Shown in pieces: positions 25,973 to 40,521 of a DNA stretch of 64,000 nucleotides (position 1 is the stretch's first letter; each line of letters starts with the position of its first letter). The position numbers were made by a program, and so were the translations under genes. The notes under the pieces were generated by a model. It saw only the letters and a program-made list of their open reading frames with translations. It was not told the DNA's origin and searched no databases. The DNA lies in the NCBI GenBank assembly GCA_964016885.1, contig OZ024740.1:180358001-180422000 (forward strand), written 5' to 3'. Origin of the DNA: Eledone cirrhosa. Taxonomy: Eukaryota.

Positions 25973-26449
25973 TGAGGGGCATTCAAATTCAATATATTCA
26001 TTTGCTCTGATATTTGTGTTATTGTATACCATAAAACCTGTTGTTTTGATCACAATCGCAATATATCTACATATGTACGTGTTCATTTAATAAGGCTACG
26101 GCATCAAAACATTTTAAAGTAAGCCGTATATTTACATGAACTTAAGCCAACCATAAAGCTCTTGATTTACTTTATTTTCTGTATATTTGAACACTTTATT
26201 GACGTAAATACACAAAACTATGTACACCAGTCTCTTTTGTATAACTATCCCAGACTCTCTGGTGCACATTTTCCATCGTTCTAAAATGGTTATCATTAAT
26301 TATATCTGTTTCTACAATTCAACTCATCTAAATCACAGTTATAGAAAAGATACATACAATTAATATCTTCATACGTGGACTGACGCACAGTGAACCGTGT
26401 TGCAAGAAATGTGTAACTACTGCCGTACACATTCACTTTTGTATCAAAG

Positions 26450-27600
26450 TAAGATACTAACGTGTTTCATTTACTATTATTTCACATTTCCTCCCAAAAT
26501 AATTCATAATTTCACACAAATCTGAAATACATACACGAAATCCTGGCATATAAGCATTTAACGTTCTATCAATAAAAGGACGTCAACACCATATAATTCT
26601 GCTTGTAAAAAACCTCCACAATCCTATTATATTCAACGTACAGCATACATAGACGTATATAACATTTGTTAATTAATTTGCTAGAAATACTCAGATCTCA
26701 TTTCTTCATAAATCCACTATAACATTAACTTCACACCTGTTGGTACTTGATTCAGGCTACTGACTTTCATTACTCATAAACACGACCCGGCATACTTCAT
26801 CTTCTCTATCTCCTTCAGTGGAAATCCATTCACACTTAGAGCGTCACATTTTTCACATAACTGATTTATTCCAACCATGTAGCATCAGGCATAAAACCAA
26901 TCAAGTGCAAGTTGGAGATCACCTTCTATTTACATATTTACAATACGATATCATCTGCAAATTCGAGCCGACTGACTTTACACATGCCAGTCTTGATACC
27001 ACTTACAAATCGCATGTCAATCGTGTTAAAAAAAAATGAACATGATAGGTCACAGTACGCACCCTGGCAGATGTTGATTCCCACATTTATTGGTTTCGAT
27101 ATTTCAACATTTATTCGAACAAACATATTCAGGTATTCATTTAGAGAAAACAGAGCTACAGAAAGCTGACCAGCGATCTCACACACCTGCAGAACATTCC
27201 AGAGCAGGTGCCGAGAAGAGAAACGCGCTCATATGCCTTTGCGAGGTCTACACAGGAAGAATCAATCTGTTTGCAATAATCCTACGAGCTAGCAAAGGCC
27301 TGAGGCAGTGTGAATATTTGATCAGTTGTGCTGCATCCGGGGTGAAATCTACACTGTTCATCAGCTAGCTTAAAGTTGACAATCTTCCTACATCTTTTTG
27401 CCAGACACTTAACTTAGACTTTAGTGGGGAGGCTTAACGAGGAGAACCGTCTCTAATTGAAGCAATCTCTCTTGTTTCCCTTTTTGAATATTATGATTAT
27501 CATTTCCGATAGTGGTCACTTAGAAGCTTTTCTGGAGATACAGGCCACCCAGCACAAATTTAAAGATGGTTGGATAAAATCCATGAGCTCGGCTCGTCTC
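26450..27600 (-). pseudogene. Old non-LTR retrotransposon RT relic (RTE-like)
   Basis: Minus-strand motifs EQCRFHPGCSTTDQIFTL, VDLAKAYERV, GINICQG, LEFADDIVL with stops and frameshifts. Confidence 0.8.
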
Positions 27601-27792
27601 ACATTCAGATCCCCGTCACCTTGATTGTATTTTGAGCTGATCAATATCGAAACAACTGTAATATGTAAATACAGTTTGTACATGTGCTGCAACACTGACT
27701 TCGATTCTTTTAAAATCTATACACACACACACACACGCACACACACACAAACACACACATAAACACACATACATACACACACACACACACAT

Positions 27793-27859
<67 letters not shown>

Positions 27860-27869
27860 TATATATATG

Positions 27870-28036
27870 AAATGAGTTGGGAAGTCACTGGTGGCAAGCT
27901 GTTTAGGCCATTGCACAACATTGATGGCACGGAGAGAGGAAACTGTTATGCATGGGCGACTGCTGGTCTTCCTCAAACAACCTTGCCCGGACTTGTGCCT
28001 CGAAGGGCAACTTTCTAGATGCAAAACCATGGTCAT
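27870..28036 (+). mobile_element. SINE family A, 3' part
   Basis: gggcgactgctggtcttcc..aaccttgcccggacttgtgcctcg matches the reverse complement of about 785-870. Confidence 0.7.
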
Positions 28037-28181
28037 GTGCGAGTGTTAGTGTGTGTGCATATTTCCGTTTATTTGGTCTAAGATGTACATTTGATACAAA
28101 ATGGATATTGATGTGGGCTGCAGAGAAACTCGATTATTATGATAGTAATGCACAATAATACATTTGTAGAAACATTATTTC

Positions 28182-28352
28182 ACGGTAGAGGGTCGGAAAC
28201 CATGCTCTCCAGCAAAATTGCGTCTCTTTACGATCTGAGTTCAAATCCCGCCGAGGTTAACTTTGTCTTTCATCCTTACAGGGTCGATAAAATAAAATAC
28301 CGGTAATGCACTGGGCAGATGCTGGCCTTGTTCCAAAAGTAGAAACAATTAT
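28182..28352 (+). mobile_element. SINE family B
   Basis: ctgagttcaaatcccgccgaggttaactttgtctttcatcc..gtcgataaaataaa..gaaacaattatt. Confidence 0.9.
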
Positions 28353-29004
28353 TTCACTGAATAGCCAAATGCAATCTATGTTATTAAATGTGAGTTTCAG
28401 AATCTTATTTTTATTACCCGGCAAACTAAGTTTCTTTAAGATTATAGGAGCTCCTCGTGTCTCTCTATCATTACAAAAACGCGTTGGTCTAAACAAGTGT
28501 ATATATAGCTCTGATATTTTCCAACACGAGAGGCTTCAGGCACAGCTAGTATTTACAAGGAATAATAAAGCTAGATGGGGCTGGATGAAGTAGTTATTTT
28601 TTTATTTTAAATTCAATGCATTCTATTTTTCTTATTTAATGAAAAAAGATATATATTGATTTTTTTCCTGTTGAGTCAGATGTATGATTCTGTCTAGGTA
28701 GTTTATTGTTTGATATGACGGTCACACTAATCTTTCTGTGACAGATATCTCAAATGCAATATATACAGGAATGTTATGCGACGTCTATGAGAATAGATTG
28801 TGGCTTTTAAAACAACAATAGTCTTGTGAGATTGAAAAAAGTAACGAAATTATAAAAGTGGCAAGAAGAATAAAATTAGATATCCTGTTAAAAATGTAAA
28901 CCATTGTAATTATTGAGGTAAGATGATTGAAAACGTTCGTCACAGATGAACAATCATAAAATTAGGATATAGACAACGAACGAAAACAAGGCCGAACAAA
29001 ACAC

Positions 29005-29094
<90 letters not shown>

Positions 29095-29096
29095 GT

Positions 29097-29141
<45 letters not shown>

Positions 29142-29143
29142 GT

Positions 29144-29197
<54 letters not shown>

Positions 29198-30409
29198 TGG
29201 CAAATTTAGATCAATATAGCCAAAGGCAGAAATGTTGGGGCATTCTTTCAATGTTGTTTCCTATAGAAGTGCTCAACGTTAGCACGTGCATGGATAATTA
29301 TTTTCTTTATATGTTTCCCGTTGTGATTCAAGTGAAGTACAGCTTGTAATTTATTATTTGCTTTAAACAATTTATAATTTCACATCACAATATTCCTGTT
29401 CTATATGTTCGATCCATTCTATTTTTGTGTTTGCTAGAAATATATTAGATAACATTGGATCCTTTCAGTTTAGAAGTGGTGTAAAGAATAAATTGAAAAC
29501 CCATTTGATATCGGTATTGTATATTTGTGTTTAGTAAATTCGACCCTTGCGGAGCATTTTTATAGTTATATCATTAGATATAGTGTTTATATCTATAGGT
29601 AATTTATATCAACTTTAAGTTCTTCCAATTTGTATGTTCGTATAAATGACAAATATGCCACATTAAAAGAAGTGAAGTGGATACTTAATTTTTTTCAAAG
29701 CTGTTCCCGCTGAAAGCTTGTAATAGTATTACTTAATCGGAAAAAATCGTCGATCACAATGGAAATATTCTTCATGGTGAAGGAAATTTATATTCGTAGG
29801 TGGAGAGAAATATCATTGCACAATATGACGCACAGTCAAAACAAAATGCCTTTCTTTCCTGGTATGTTTTATAAATACTGGTTTAGAATGCTATCTTGTC
29901 TTTTCGTTTCTACCGCGTAGCAGCAAACATGAATTTTATAATTTCATATATAAAACAGGTTAATATATGTAATAAAAGAAGACAGCTGGTATTTGTTTTT
30001 ATTTTATCAATGTGATAAATGAGAAAGGAGCATTTTCGTTTTTCATCTTTTTAATACTTTGCTAAAAAGGAAAATCCATATTTTTCTTCTTACTGCGCTA
30101 TGTAATTTCACTCCTGATATGTGAGCAAAATATTGTTGTGATGAATGATAAGAAATGATCGCTTGAAAAAAGGATAGTTATCCCAGAAATTAAGATTGCT
30201 GCATACAGCATAGTACAGAAAGAAAATGATTCATTTAGATTGATGGGAAATTAGAATTAAAACCATTCCTTTACAGTTCTTTTGTGTTTTTATGTTACTT
30301 AGAATATATAGTAACAAGTTTGGCAATGATTTAGTCGAATGTCCAAATTTGTAGCAAAGAGTTATTTATTCTAATACAACCCACGTCGGATTATGTTTTA
30401 TACATTGGC

Positions 30410-30605
30410 AATGTCGTTAGATCATCAAGCACCCTGCTTCACAGCAAAGAGTTACATCCCTCTATGTTCTGTTTTCAAATCTTGCCGAGGTTAGCTTTGA
30501 TTTAAAGGGTCAATAAAAAAAATAAGCAGTGAGACATTGTGGGCGATTGAATTGAATTTCCCCTTCCCTCAACATTGTTTATTTTGTGCCTAGATCAGAA
30601 ACGTT
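30410..30605 (+). mobile_element. Degenerate SINE family B copy
   Basis: ttggca..ttcaaatcttgccgaggttagctttg..gggtcaataaaa..ttgtgcctagatcagaaac. Confidence 0.6.
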
Positions 30606-32009
30606 TATATGTTCTACATATATCAATTTTTTAAACATATTATATATTGATTTACTAGGAAACGAAACCAATATTGTACGATTTCAAATATGATTAATTT
30701 TTAAGAGGACTCTGGTGTTTATTTAATGTGAAATGCAGACATGTTAAGGTCTTTTAGAACATAAATTATTTTATTGGAATAAAAGAAATGATTTAATTGT
30801 GACACTAAATACTACAAAGTTACTTAGAAACATGCCCTGAACTCTATCGTAAACCACGTGACTGTAGAAATGTCTAATTGCAATGGCAATATTATGAATA
30901 GAAAAGGATTTAGGCGGGGACGCCTCTGCATCTCAAAGGAAAATATTTCAGATAAGGAACATTAAGATCTCCTTCATAAATTAGTATGAAAAAAGTAAAG
31001 TGATTGTTTTTAAATGTTGATGAGCGCCGTGATTGTCTTGGCCGGGCATTCAGTTATAGTACTTTTGATAACAAAGTGACGATATAGAAGGAATATGGAG
31101 TGTACATTATGGGGGGTAATATTGAGCGGCTAAGTAATTCAGAAGAGCACAAATAGTTTCATTGGGATGTAGCTCAAGTCGGATTGCCAGTTGAAAATAT
31201 CATTGTTATTTATGAAACAATAAACCGTGACATTCGTGTAGGAAGAGTTAAAACGTGACATTCAACAGAACTTATTTGAATACGCTATTGTTATATCAAT
31301 GAAGGAAACGTAATTTGAAAATTATTTATTGAATTGAATGAATAAACAATTAAATACCGTGACCAGCGTGGTCACCGTTAAATAGGAGAATTATCAAAAT
31401 AGTAAAGGAATATAGCTCTGAATCGTATAATTATTTGCTCATTCAATATCAAGAAATATAAAATTACAATAATTGCATTTATTTATTACTGACCTACTAC
31501 AAAGAAACCACAATTTTATCAAAGTTTTGATAAGTGAGTAAGAATAAAAAAAGTTATACATTTAGAAAGAGAACCATATCTTATTCCTTGCTTTCATTTA
31601 CTTCGTTTATTTATTTATTTATGTGTTTATTATCACTAATATTACAATTATTATTGTTCTTTGTGTTTTTCTTTTTCGTTAGTTTTGTTTCCATTTCTTG
31701 ACGAGTGTCTTCTCGACACCTTGGGCAGAGAATCTCAATGAATACATTGATAAACTACAAACTAAACACAGCAGATTGTTCGCGTCGCGCATTTTACACA
31801 GTTATAAGTATATCATTTCTATGTTTAAAATCATAATTACAACAGAATCATGTTCAATCGTATAAGAGCGCTCAATTATGCACAACTTACATAATTAGGG
31901 AATATAATCTAATAAAGTTATGTAAACATGTGAATAAAAATTACTTAGATGATTATCTTTCGCACAGCGATAGTGCTCTTCTCAATACATATACCGTAAT
32001 ATTTAAAAC

Positions 32010-32023
32010 ATTGTTGTTGTTGC

Positions 32024-32054
<31 letters not shown>

Positions 32055-32084
32055 CTTCTTCTTCTTCTTCTTCTTCTTCTTCTT

Positions 32085-32171
<87 letters not shown>

Positions 32172-32176
32172 GTTAT

Positions 32177-32261
<85 letters not shown>

Positions 32262-32290
32262 GTTATTATTATTATTATCATCATCATCAT
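32010..32290. repeat. Compound trinucleotide microsatellite (TTG)n(TTC)n(TTA)n(CTA)n(TTA)n(TCA)n
   Basis: Direct reading. Confidence 0.98.
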
Positions 32291-32368
32291 ATGTTACTAT
32301 AATTAATGCTGAGAACTAAGATAGCAAATCCAATTCAGAATCAAAGGAGGCAAGTGCGCATATATGAG

Positions 32369-32452
<84 letters not shown>

Positions 32453-32457
32453 CATAA

Positions 32458-32521
<64 letters not shown>

Positions 32522-33073
32522 GTATGTTTGTGCGAAACATATTTTATCTGATATATATTCCATTTTTCTATAATGAATTTGACCTATCCTACAAATAAAG
32601 GCTACATATAATAAATGAACTCAATTATATAATTTTCTACTGATTCGATTCGTTATCATTTGGTGGAGATGGGAATGCTAGTTTTCTTGTGTTTAATATT
32701 CTCTGTAGTTATTGCTTTATTGTTTGTATTGTTTGTGTTCTTAATTCAGTCAGTCATTAGTATTGTTTTTCTGTGTTACTTATATTTCCCTAGTGAATAT
32801 TGTTATTTGATTTGCATTTATGATTTTCTGTTTTCTTCTTATGATAATTTCCTGGAATAATTATATTGTAATTTCACTTTCTTGCAGGCAGTAAACAAAA
32901 CAGAAGTTATGTTTCAGTAAGGTAAAAAGACGGGAAACATTTGAACATGTTCTAATCAGCAGAAAGTTTTAATTATACACTGTGACTACTGTAAACATGG
33001 TAGTGAAACCCTAATGCATAACTAAGTCGTATATCTAAAGAGCTAAGGTACACACACAAGTATATTGGTATGC

Positions 33074-33162
<89 letters not shown>

Positions 33163-33163
<1 letters not shown>

Positions 33164-34238
33164 TGCTTGTATAGAGATTGTGTGGACGGTCACTTCCAAA
33201 TGAAGAACTTGCAAGCTTATGGAATCACCTAAGAAGATGGTGGACCGGATATCACTGCTCTTCACCAACACCAGAGTCTAAGTCATTACACCTGATGTGA
33301 TAACGGAGTTCTTTGAGATACTGACTGAAGTGTTCCAGGGAGATACATTGGCTCCCTACATTTTTATCATCACAGTGAAATATTTTGTGCGTCTTGTGCT
33401 GGAGAAACACCATGATTATGTGTTTGCTGAACCACTGGCTCAGAGCAGGTGAGTTAAGGCTAAACAGATATCAGATGCTGAATTTGCGGACGACATAATT
33501 TTGGTGACAATCACAGTGAAGGAGGCAGAGTATTTGATACAGGAGGTGGAGACTGAGGATGAGTGTGGGACAGAGAATCAATAAGATTACGATGAAGTAT
33601 CTGGTAGAGAACATTAAGAAGCCAGAGAAGATTATGAATGTACTCTGGAAGCCGCTAGATTCGGTTGAGGAAGTCCTGTATCTGGGCGCAATGATTGGAA
33701 TCACGGAATATGATATGTTTGAGAGGAAGAGCAAAGCCTGGGCGGCGTTCAACATTTTGAGATCAGTTTGGAAGTCAGACCTTCGTAAAGACGTGAAGAT
33801 CCATCTCTTCATTGCTACAGTGGTGTGTCTGATACTCTACAGGTCTGAGACTTGGACACAGACCAGAAACTCACTCAGATTGTGGATGGGTGATACACGA
33901 GAATGCTGAGAATGGCGCTGAACATTAATCAGTATACAATGAGAATTAAGAGCACAGAGTTCTACGGGAGATCCCCAAAGTCATCTCGAAATTAACACAG
34001 AGGATACTGAGGTTAACTGGACATGCTCAGCGACACTCAGAATTGACACTGCACTCAGTGCTCCTGTGGGGAAACCCCCCAAGGACACTTTAGAGGAGGG
34101 AGACCAAGGTTGACAGTTATTGATGCCCTAAGGAAGGACACTAGACACCGGGAAACGCAAGACCTGGCGTTGATAATGAAGGACAGAGACCACTGGAGAG
34201 AACTCGTCCATGGATCTCGGTAATTTTACTCGCCGTAG
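33163..34238 (+). mobile_element. RTE-clade LINE fragment (RT motifs to 3' end)
   Basis: VFQGDTLAPYIF, AEFADDI, YLG, KSKAW, LYRSETWT; same family as 1151 and 47994. Confidence 0.92.
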
Positions 34239-34363
34239 ATAGATAGAGATGTATAAAGAGAGAACTAAAGAGATAGAGCCATGAGAAGGAGACATAGAGA
34301 GATTAGAATGTGTTTGAAAGAGGGAGTGAGAAAGAGAGGGAGATAGGGGAAGCGAAAAAAATA

Positions 34364-34594
<231 letters not shown>

Positions 34595-35575
34595 GAAACT
34601 GTAAGGGAGAACATAATACGTTGCAGAACGGAATCTGATATATAATAAATTAGTTGTTTCATGAAAAGTGATAACCTTATGTCAGTTATTGACACACAGA
34701 CATTATTACTGGACTCTATAAATTACCAAAAATAGGATATGATACCAAACTATCCTAGACAAAAGCAGACAAACATGCCAAAATATCAAAACTCTTTCCT
34801 GCTCTCATTCTTAATGATTTTCCTCACTACTTCAATGATGCACTGGTTCCGTCATGTTTGAGATTTGAATCCATAAATCGACTCACTACATCCCTATCAT
34901 CTGACATTTATCGAAACCCTCAAAGTTGCCAAACATTTTTCTTTTACTCTCTCTATATTCTTTTCCTTACCATAAAATATAAAAGCAAATCACCTAATAA
35001 TGAAATCAAATAAAAGCAAAAAACCTAACTCTAAACTAACTGAATAAAAATCAGTATTGTAAAATTTCACAGAATAAGTATGATTCTTCTGTTATAGTTT
35101 TTCTGATAATCTCTAAGAAATAAATGGAAAAGATCGATGTGATGTAAAGCAAAAGGTGCGGTCCAAATTTGTCTTTTGTTGTAAACACGTTGCCTTCAAT
35201 TACATAGGCACATATTTTAAAAAGTGATGTTATTTTATTAAAGTCAGTATGTGGTCCGAAAAGATTTAGCTCCTATGAATTAGACTAACAATGCAGCAAA
35301 TCGATACAGATAATTAGCGTTGACATGGTACTTCTCAAAAAAATCTTTCAAATGATTGTTACCAGTGATAATTTCGACTGTTAAAAGTATCACGTTGTAC
35401 GTGGTCGGCGAGAAGCGTAATAAGGTTAGACTATTGACAAATAACAGGATTACTAGAAAAAGCGGTCCGTTCCAGCCTACTTTCGTACTCTAACGTAATG
35501 GCGTATAGAACAAATGTATGGAAGATGCACGCACGCAGGTACATACACACACGCACACACACACACACACACACA

Positions 35576-35642
<67 letters not shown>

Positions 35643-35644
35643 GA

Positions 35645-38600
35645 AGGAAATGTGGTAAGGAACCAGGTGGGCCATAACTTGTTGTCAACTACCCCCCGAA
35701 ATCCCCCGCACCTGACCGCTCACTTCTCAGTAGAGACCTGTCGAGCGGACGTCGAGTGATGTGTGCGACGCACCAAGCTACAGACACACATCTACAACAC
35801 ACCACCGGCTCCGGACGCCCCAAAGCGATTTCTCGCCCTGGGCCGACGACCATCTTTTTGGACGCCGGCACCCGGGAAATTTAGCACCCTGGACGTGTTG
35901 GTTGATGCCTGCCGTAGCGCAGTAAATCGCTTCGACTTCCGCCACCGCTCAAAACGGAATAACATCTCACGGGTCGAACTCCTCGCTCTCCACTCCCACC
36001 ATAGCCGCGACAACATCGTCAAACCGGCGACAATGGAGGCGCTGTGGTGGTGTGGTGCGCCGACCTCTACACGGCAGAGACCCTCAGGCAGCTCCACCAA
36101 CCCCTCTTCTAGAGTGCCATACCTTCGGACCCCAACCCGCTCTACCAACAACAAGTTTCCTCCTCGTCACCTCCTCTCTCCTACCGTCTCCCACCTCATC
36201 GTCCGCACCCCCACCATCTACTTCCTCCCCAAATCCACAAACCCGACAACCCCGGCCACCCAACGTTTCCGCTTGCAACTGCCCCACCAAAGTCATCTCC
36301 GCCTTTCTCGACTCCTTTCTCCGCGTCTTCTGCTCCATTTGCCCTACCCTCCAGTTCACCACCTCTATCTCCACAACCCACGCCCATTTCTTGGACATCT
36401 CCGTCGCCATCGACAACTTCACCTCCGCCTTCTTCAAACCCACCGAATCCCACTTCCACCTCGACTTCACCTCCTCCCACCCAACACACGCCAAACACTC
36501 CATTCCCTACTCCCAACTCCGCCGGATCAACCGCCTCTGCAGCCGAGAAGCTAACTTCGAGACTGAGGCCCTGTCTCTGATCAGCCATTTCATCCGGAGA
36601 GGTTATTGTCCATGCTACGCTCACCCGTGCTCACACAGTTCGCCGCTCCACCGCCCTCACCCCATGCCCCCGCGCACCAACCCACTGTCCCGACTTCCTC
36701 CTCACTTATCCCCCTCCACTCACCCCTCCACCGAACCATCCTCCGCCCCTTCCGACGCCTGCAGTCCGACCTATGTTCCCATTCCCCCCCCCCTTCGCAA
36801 CCTCCTCGTCCGCAGCTCCCTACTCCCTAACAGCCTCCCCGGTTCCCTTTCCTGCTCCAAACACCGCTGCCACACCTGCCCCCTAATTACCAGCACCACC
36901 ACCTTTCAGGGTCCCAACAGCAACTCTCTCACTGTCCAGCATGCCTTCCTCCAACCTCCTCCAACCTCGTCTATGGATTTCGCTGCACCGAGTGCAGCGC
37001 AAACTATGTCGGACAGACCGGTCGTTTCCTCACGGAGCAGCTCGGAGATATTCGTCTCGGCGGGAGTTTGCCCATCTCCCGCCACTTTGGTTCCCCTGGA
37101 CACTCCGCCAACAACATCACCGCCTGTGGCTTGATTGAATGCCAAGAGACCACCGCAAGGAGTTAAGACCAAACAACACACCATGTTCACCTTACAGACA
37201 TACACACCACTTGCCTGAACCCCCAATCATCTTCTTCCTTTAACCTTCGACCGTTCCCCTCCACCTGCCCTACACACACCGTCTCCTCTATTCCTGTCAA
37301 CCCACTCCTTGGTTCACCACTAACAACCCCACCCTTACCGCTATCACACACCCATCCACACCCACAACACGCACACACACACCAGTACATATATACACTT
37401 ACTCACAATATTCACACACACTAATACCACCCCTAACACGCACCCACATATCCACATCCGACCACCCCACCACTAATAATACTAAACATCCCCCCAACCA
37501 ATCTGCCCCCTCACCACGCACACACGAACACACACCAGCATACATACACTCACCCACACCCACGTACACACCTATACACAAATCACTCTACTATTAACCC
37601 CTCCCCACACACCCGTATTAGACCCCCCAACCACTAATAATACTAACACCCACCTTACCACAAACACCCGCACTCACACCCAAACACGTACACACACACA
37701 CACCAGTATATTACACTCAGTCATAATGTACCCAACACCTTCTCTCTCCACCCCGACTACGCCACCCTGTCCCTCAATTGTTCACACTAATCCACCTTCT
37801 CTCCTGCCCACCGCACCTGCGCAGACACATATACACTTGCCACACAGACATACAGGCCAAACCTGCCAACTACCACTCGCCTGTCTCTCACCCTATTAAC
37901 TGCTATCTCCTCTCTCCCGCGTCCTTCGCCCTGCTTTCTCCACCCCCTGCCCCGTACTTCTTGACCACTTCCTGTTGCGCGCGCGCCCCACAACTTTCTA
38001 CTTCCTTTCACCAATTCCACGGATCCTACACCACTGGTCACATGCTCTGGACATCCACCCTATTATACCCGGATTTGTTCACCATCTGTCCACACACTCA
38101 CCGGGAAAACGTTCAGGAACACACGCACACACAAAGGCTTACAATGTTTTGGCACACACGCAACCATACATTCCTACGTACCCACACCACACACAAACAC
38201 GTGCGTATCCTCACATACACCTACACGGCATCCGGGCACCGCATGCCCCCTCTCAAACATCCTTTCCGAAACCCCTCCTTACACACGCACACACACACTG
38301 ACTTACACCCCGCCGCATGTCCACACTGGTTTTCCTATTACCCGAATATTGAACCACGTTCCTCCCCAAACTCTCGCATTCACATCCACACATACACACA
38401 CACACGTACACCTAAACACACACATACACACACACCACTTCCCGCCCTCCCCGCTCGGAAACCCTGTTTCCTTCTCCCTTCTCCCCTTCCATCCAACCAT
38501 CACCAGCTCTACACGCCTCACACCCTTTCACCAATATTTTTTATTTTAATTTTGTTTCCTTCTTTTTAATTCCCCCCCTTTTTAATGTCTTTCCACCACT

Positions 38601-38770
38601 CTCCCTCACATCCTCGGAACTGTTTTCCTTCCCACTTTTCTCCTGATGAAGGGCTTATCCCGAAATGACGCCCCCCCCCCCCTCACACACACACTCTCAA
38701 ACATGAAGCTAATACCACACTGTTCGTACTGACATCTTTGTTATTGTGTTTGCTTCTTTATTTTTTAATT
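35645..38770 (+). mobile_element. GC-rich Penelope-like element (Neptune-type Cys linker), internally deleted; GIY-YIG, long C/A-rich 3' UTR and pLTR with HHR motif at about 38640-38675
   Basis: IYFLPK, FLDISV, SSHPTHAKHSIPYSQLRRINRLCS, RRGY, CSKHRCHTC, LVYGFRCTECSANYVGQTGR; CTGATGA-agggcttatccc-GAAA. Confidence 0.9.
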
Positions 38771-38802
38771 TTATATATTTATATATATAAAAAAAGTAAA
38801 AA

Positions 38803-38913
38803 ACAACGTTTTTCGAAATATTTACTTCTGCGTTCACAGATTGATTTTTTAGTTTCTGAAGATCCCGTTATGGGTGAAAGCAGCAATTATTTGCTTAAAC
38901 TTTAATCTGTTAT

Positions 38914-38917
<4 letters not shown>
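38803..38917 (+). repeat. About 115-bp dispersed repeat (inverted copies at 48743-48856 and 59456-59570) with HHR-like core
   Basis: Three homologous copies beside (TA)n; CTGAAGA-tcccgttatgggt-GAAA, stems I and III eroded. Confidence 0.65.
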
Positions 38918-38988
<71 letters not shown>

Positions 38989-39552
38989 CAGTTAATTTTA
39001 TTGATTTTTTCAGTTACTTATATTGACTGTTGAATTGCTCTGTTATATTTAACCATTCTGTCGAGAGCTTTATTCGATTTGTGATATTTTGCATTCTCGC
39101 AATAATACACAACTGAATCATTCGCTTAATAGAGGTGTTACCTCCCTTGCTGAATCCCACGAGGGGTCAGTAATAGCCACACTATCTATAGCATCGTGGA
39201 GCAAAACCCGTTGATAACACGACTGCCTTGTTCATCATCTCACCAGAAGCCCAACATTCTTTATGTAGGCGGACAGTACCTGATTTGGAGTCGCAGAAAC
39301 CAATACTGGATTTTACCATCAGTCCAGGGTCCGGGAAAGTATCAACACATATATTTTTATTGTTTGACCCGAATTACTTGGTCGTTTTGTTTTGGCTGTG
39401 AGGATGATATGTTTAACCATCATCTCAGTGTGTTTGGCCCTTAACGTATGTTGTAGCTCTGATTCATATGATTCATCGGGCGCTTGCCACACATATCGGA
39501 CGTTGATTTTCGTTAATTCCTGAGCTGAAAACGATTCTCGCTAATTTATATT

Positions 39553-39589
<37 letters not shown>

Positions 39590-39590
<1 letters not shown>

Positions 39591-40390
39591 AACGGAAAAA
39601 ATGAAACAAAATTTCATTTCCCACTCGATATGCAAATTGGGCTACTCAGCCGTTAATATGGATAAGGTAAGTATATACGTTCAACAATCTGGCAGGAAGG
39701 TATACGTTGCTGACGATAGCTAATAAGCTTGAAACTAGTACAGGGTTCCTTTGTCAGTGTTGAACAAACGAGCAAAGATTGTTGCTGGACACTACGGCTT
39801 AATACGGGATGTTTGTTTACAAACGCACCGAGCATTATAATGAATGTTCGGTGAATCCATACGTACATATATATATATATATGTGTGCATGTATGTATAT
39901 ATATGTACATACTACTGTACGTCTGTATACATATATGTATGTGCGTGTACATACTTATATTTAAGTAACAGCCGTACTAAGAATGGGAAATAACATTTTG
40001 TTTCATTTTTTCCGTTTATCGTTTTTGGTGCACCCGGCCGATTAACCCACTCGATATGCAAATTGGGCTACTCAGCCGTTAATATGCATGAGGTAAGTAT
40101 ATACGTTCAACAATCTGGCAGGAAGGTATACGTTGCTGACGATAGCTAATAAGCTTGAAACTAGTACAACGTTCATTTGTCAGTGTTGAACAAACGAGCA
40201 ACGATGGTTGCTGGACACTACGGCTTCATACGGGATGTTTGTTTACAAACACACCGAGGATTATAATAAATGTTTGGTGAATCCATACGCACATATATAT
40301 AATATGTGCATGTATGTATATATATGTACATACTACTGTACCTCTGTATACATATATGTATGTGCGTGTACATACTTATATATATATATA
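39590..40390 (+). mobile_element. Tandem 426-bp unit (about 1.8 copies) with one minimal HHR per unit; retrozyme-like
   Basis: HHRs at 39705-39745 and 40131-40171; short inverted left end (39590-39623 vs 39984-40017). Confidence 0.8.
40131..40171 (+). ncRNA. Minimal type I hammerhead ribozyme (intact core)
   Basis: cgttg-CTGACGA-t-agct-aata-agct-t-GAAA-ctag-TA-caacg. Confidence 0.88.
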
Positions 40391-40487
40391 TATATGTATG
40401 CATGTAGGTAAACAAAATAACAGCACAATTGGTACAGAATATAGAAGGGATATATTAAGTTAACGCTTGATATAGCAGGAAGAGGGA

Positions 40488-40521
40488 CTTAACGTTTCTG
40501 ACGCTAGACCTTCATCAGAAG
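40488..40521 (-). ncRNA. Minimal HHR motif in a pLTR-like fragment
   Basis: rc: ctt-CTGATGA-aggtctagcgtca-GAAA-cg-TT-aag; stem II eroded. Confidence 0.55.

Noticed and set aside
29700-31300. Possible BEL/Pao LTR-retrotransposon relic (DIRVGRVKT near 31230-31256)
   Set aside because: Only one short motif in heavily decayed sequence; needs a translated HMM search
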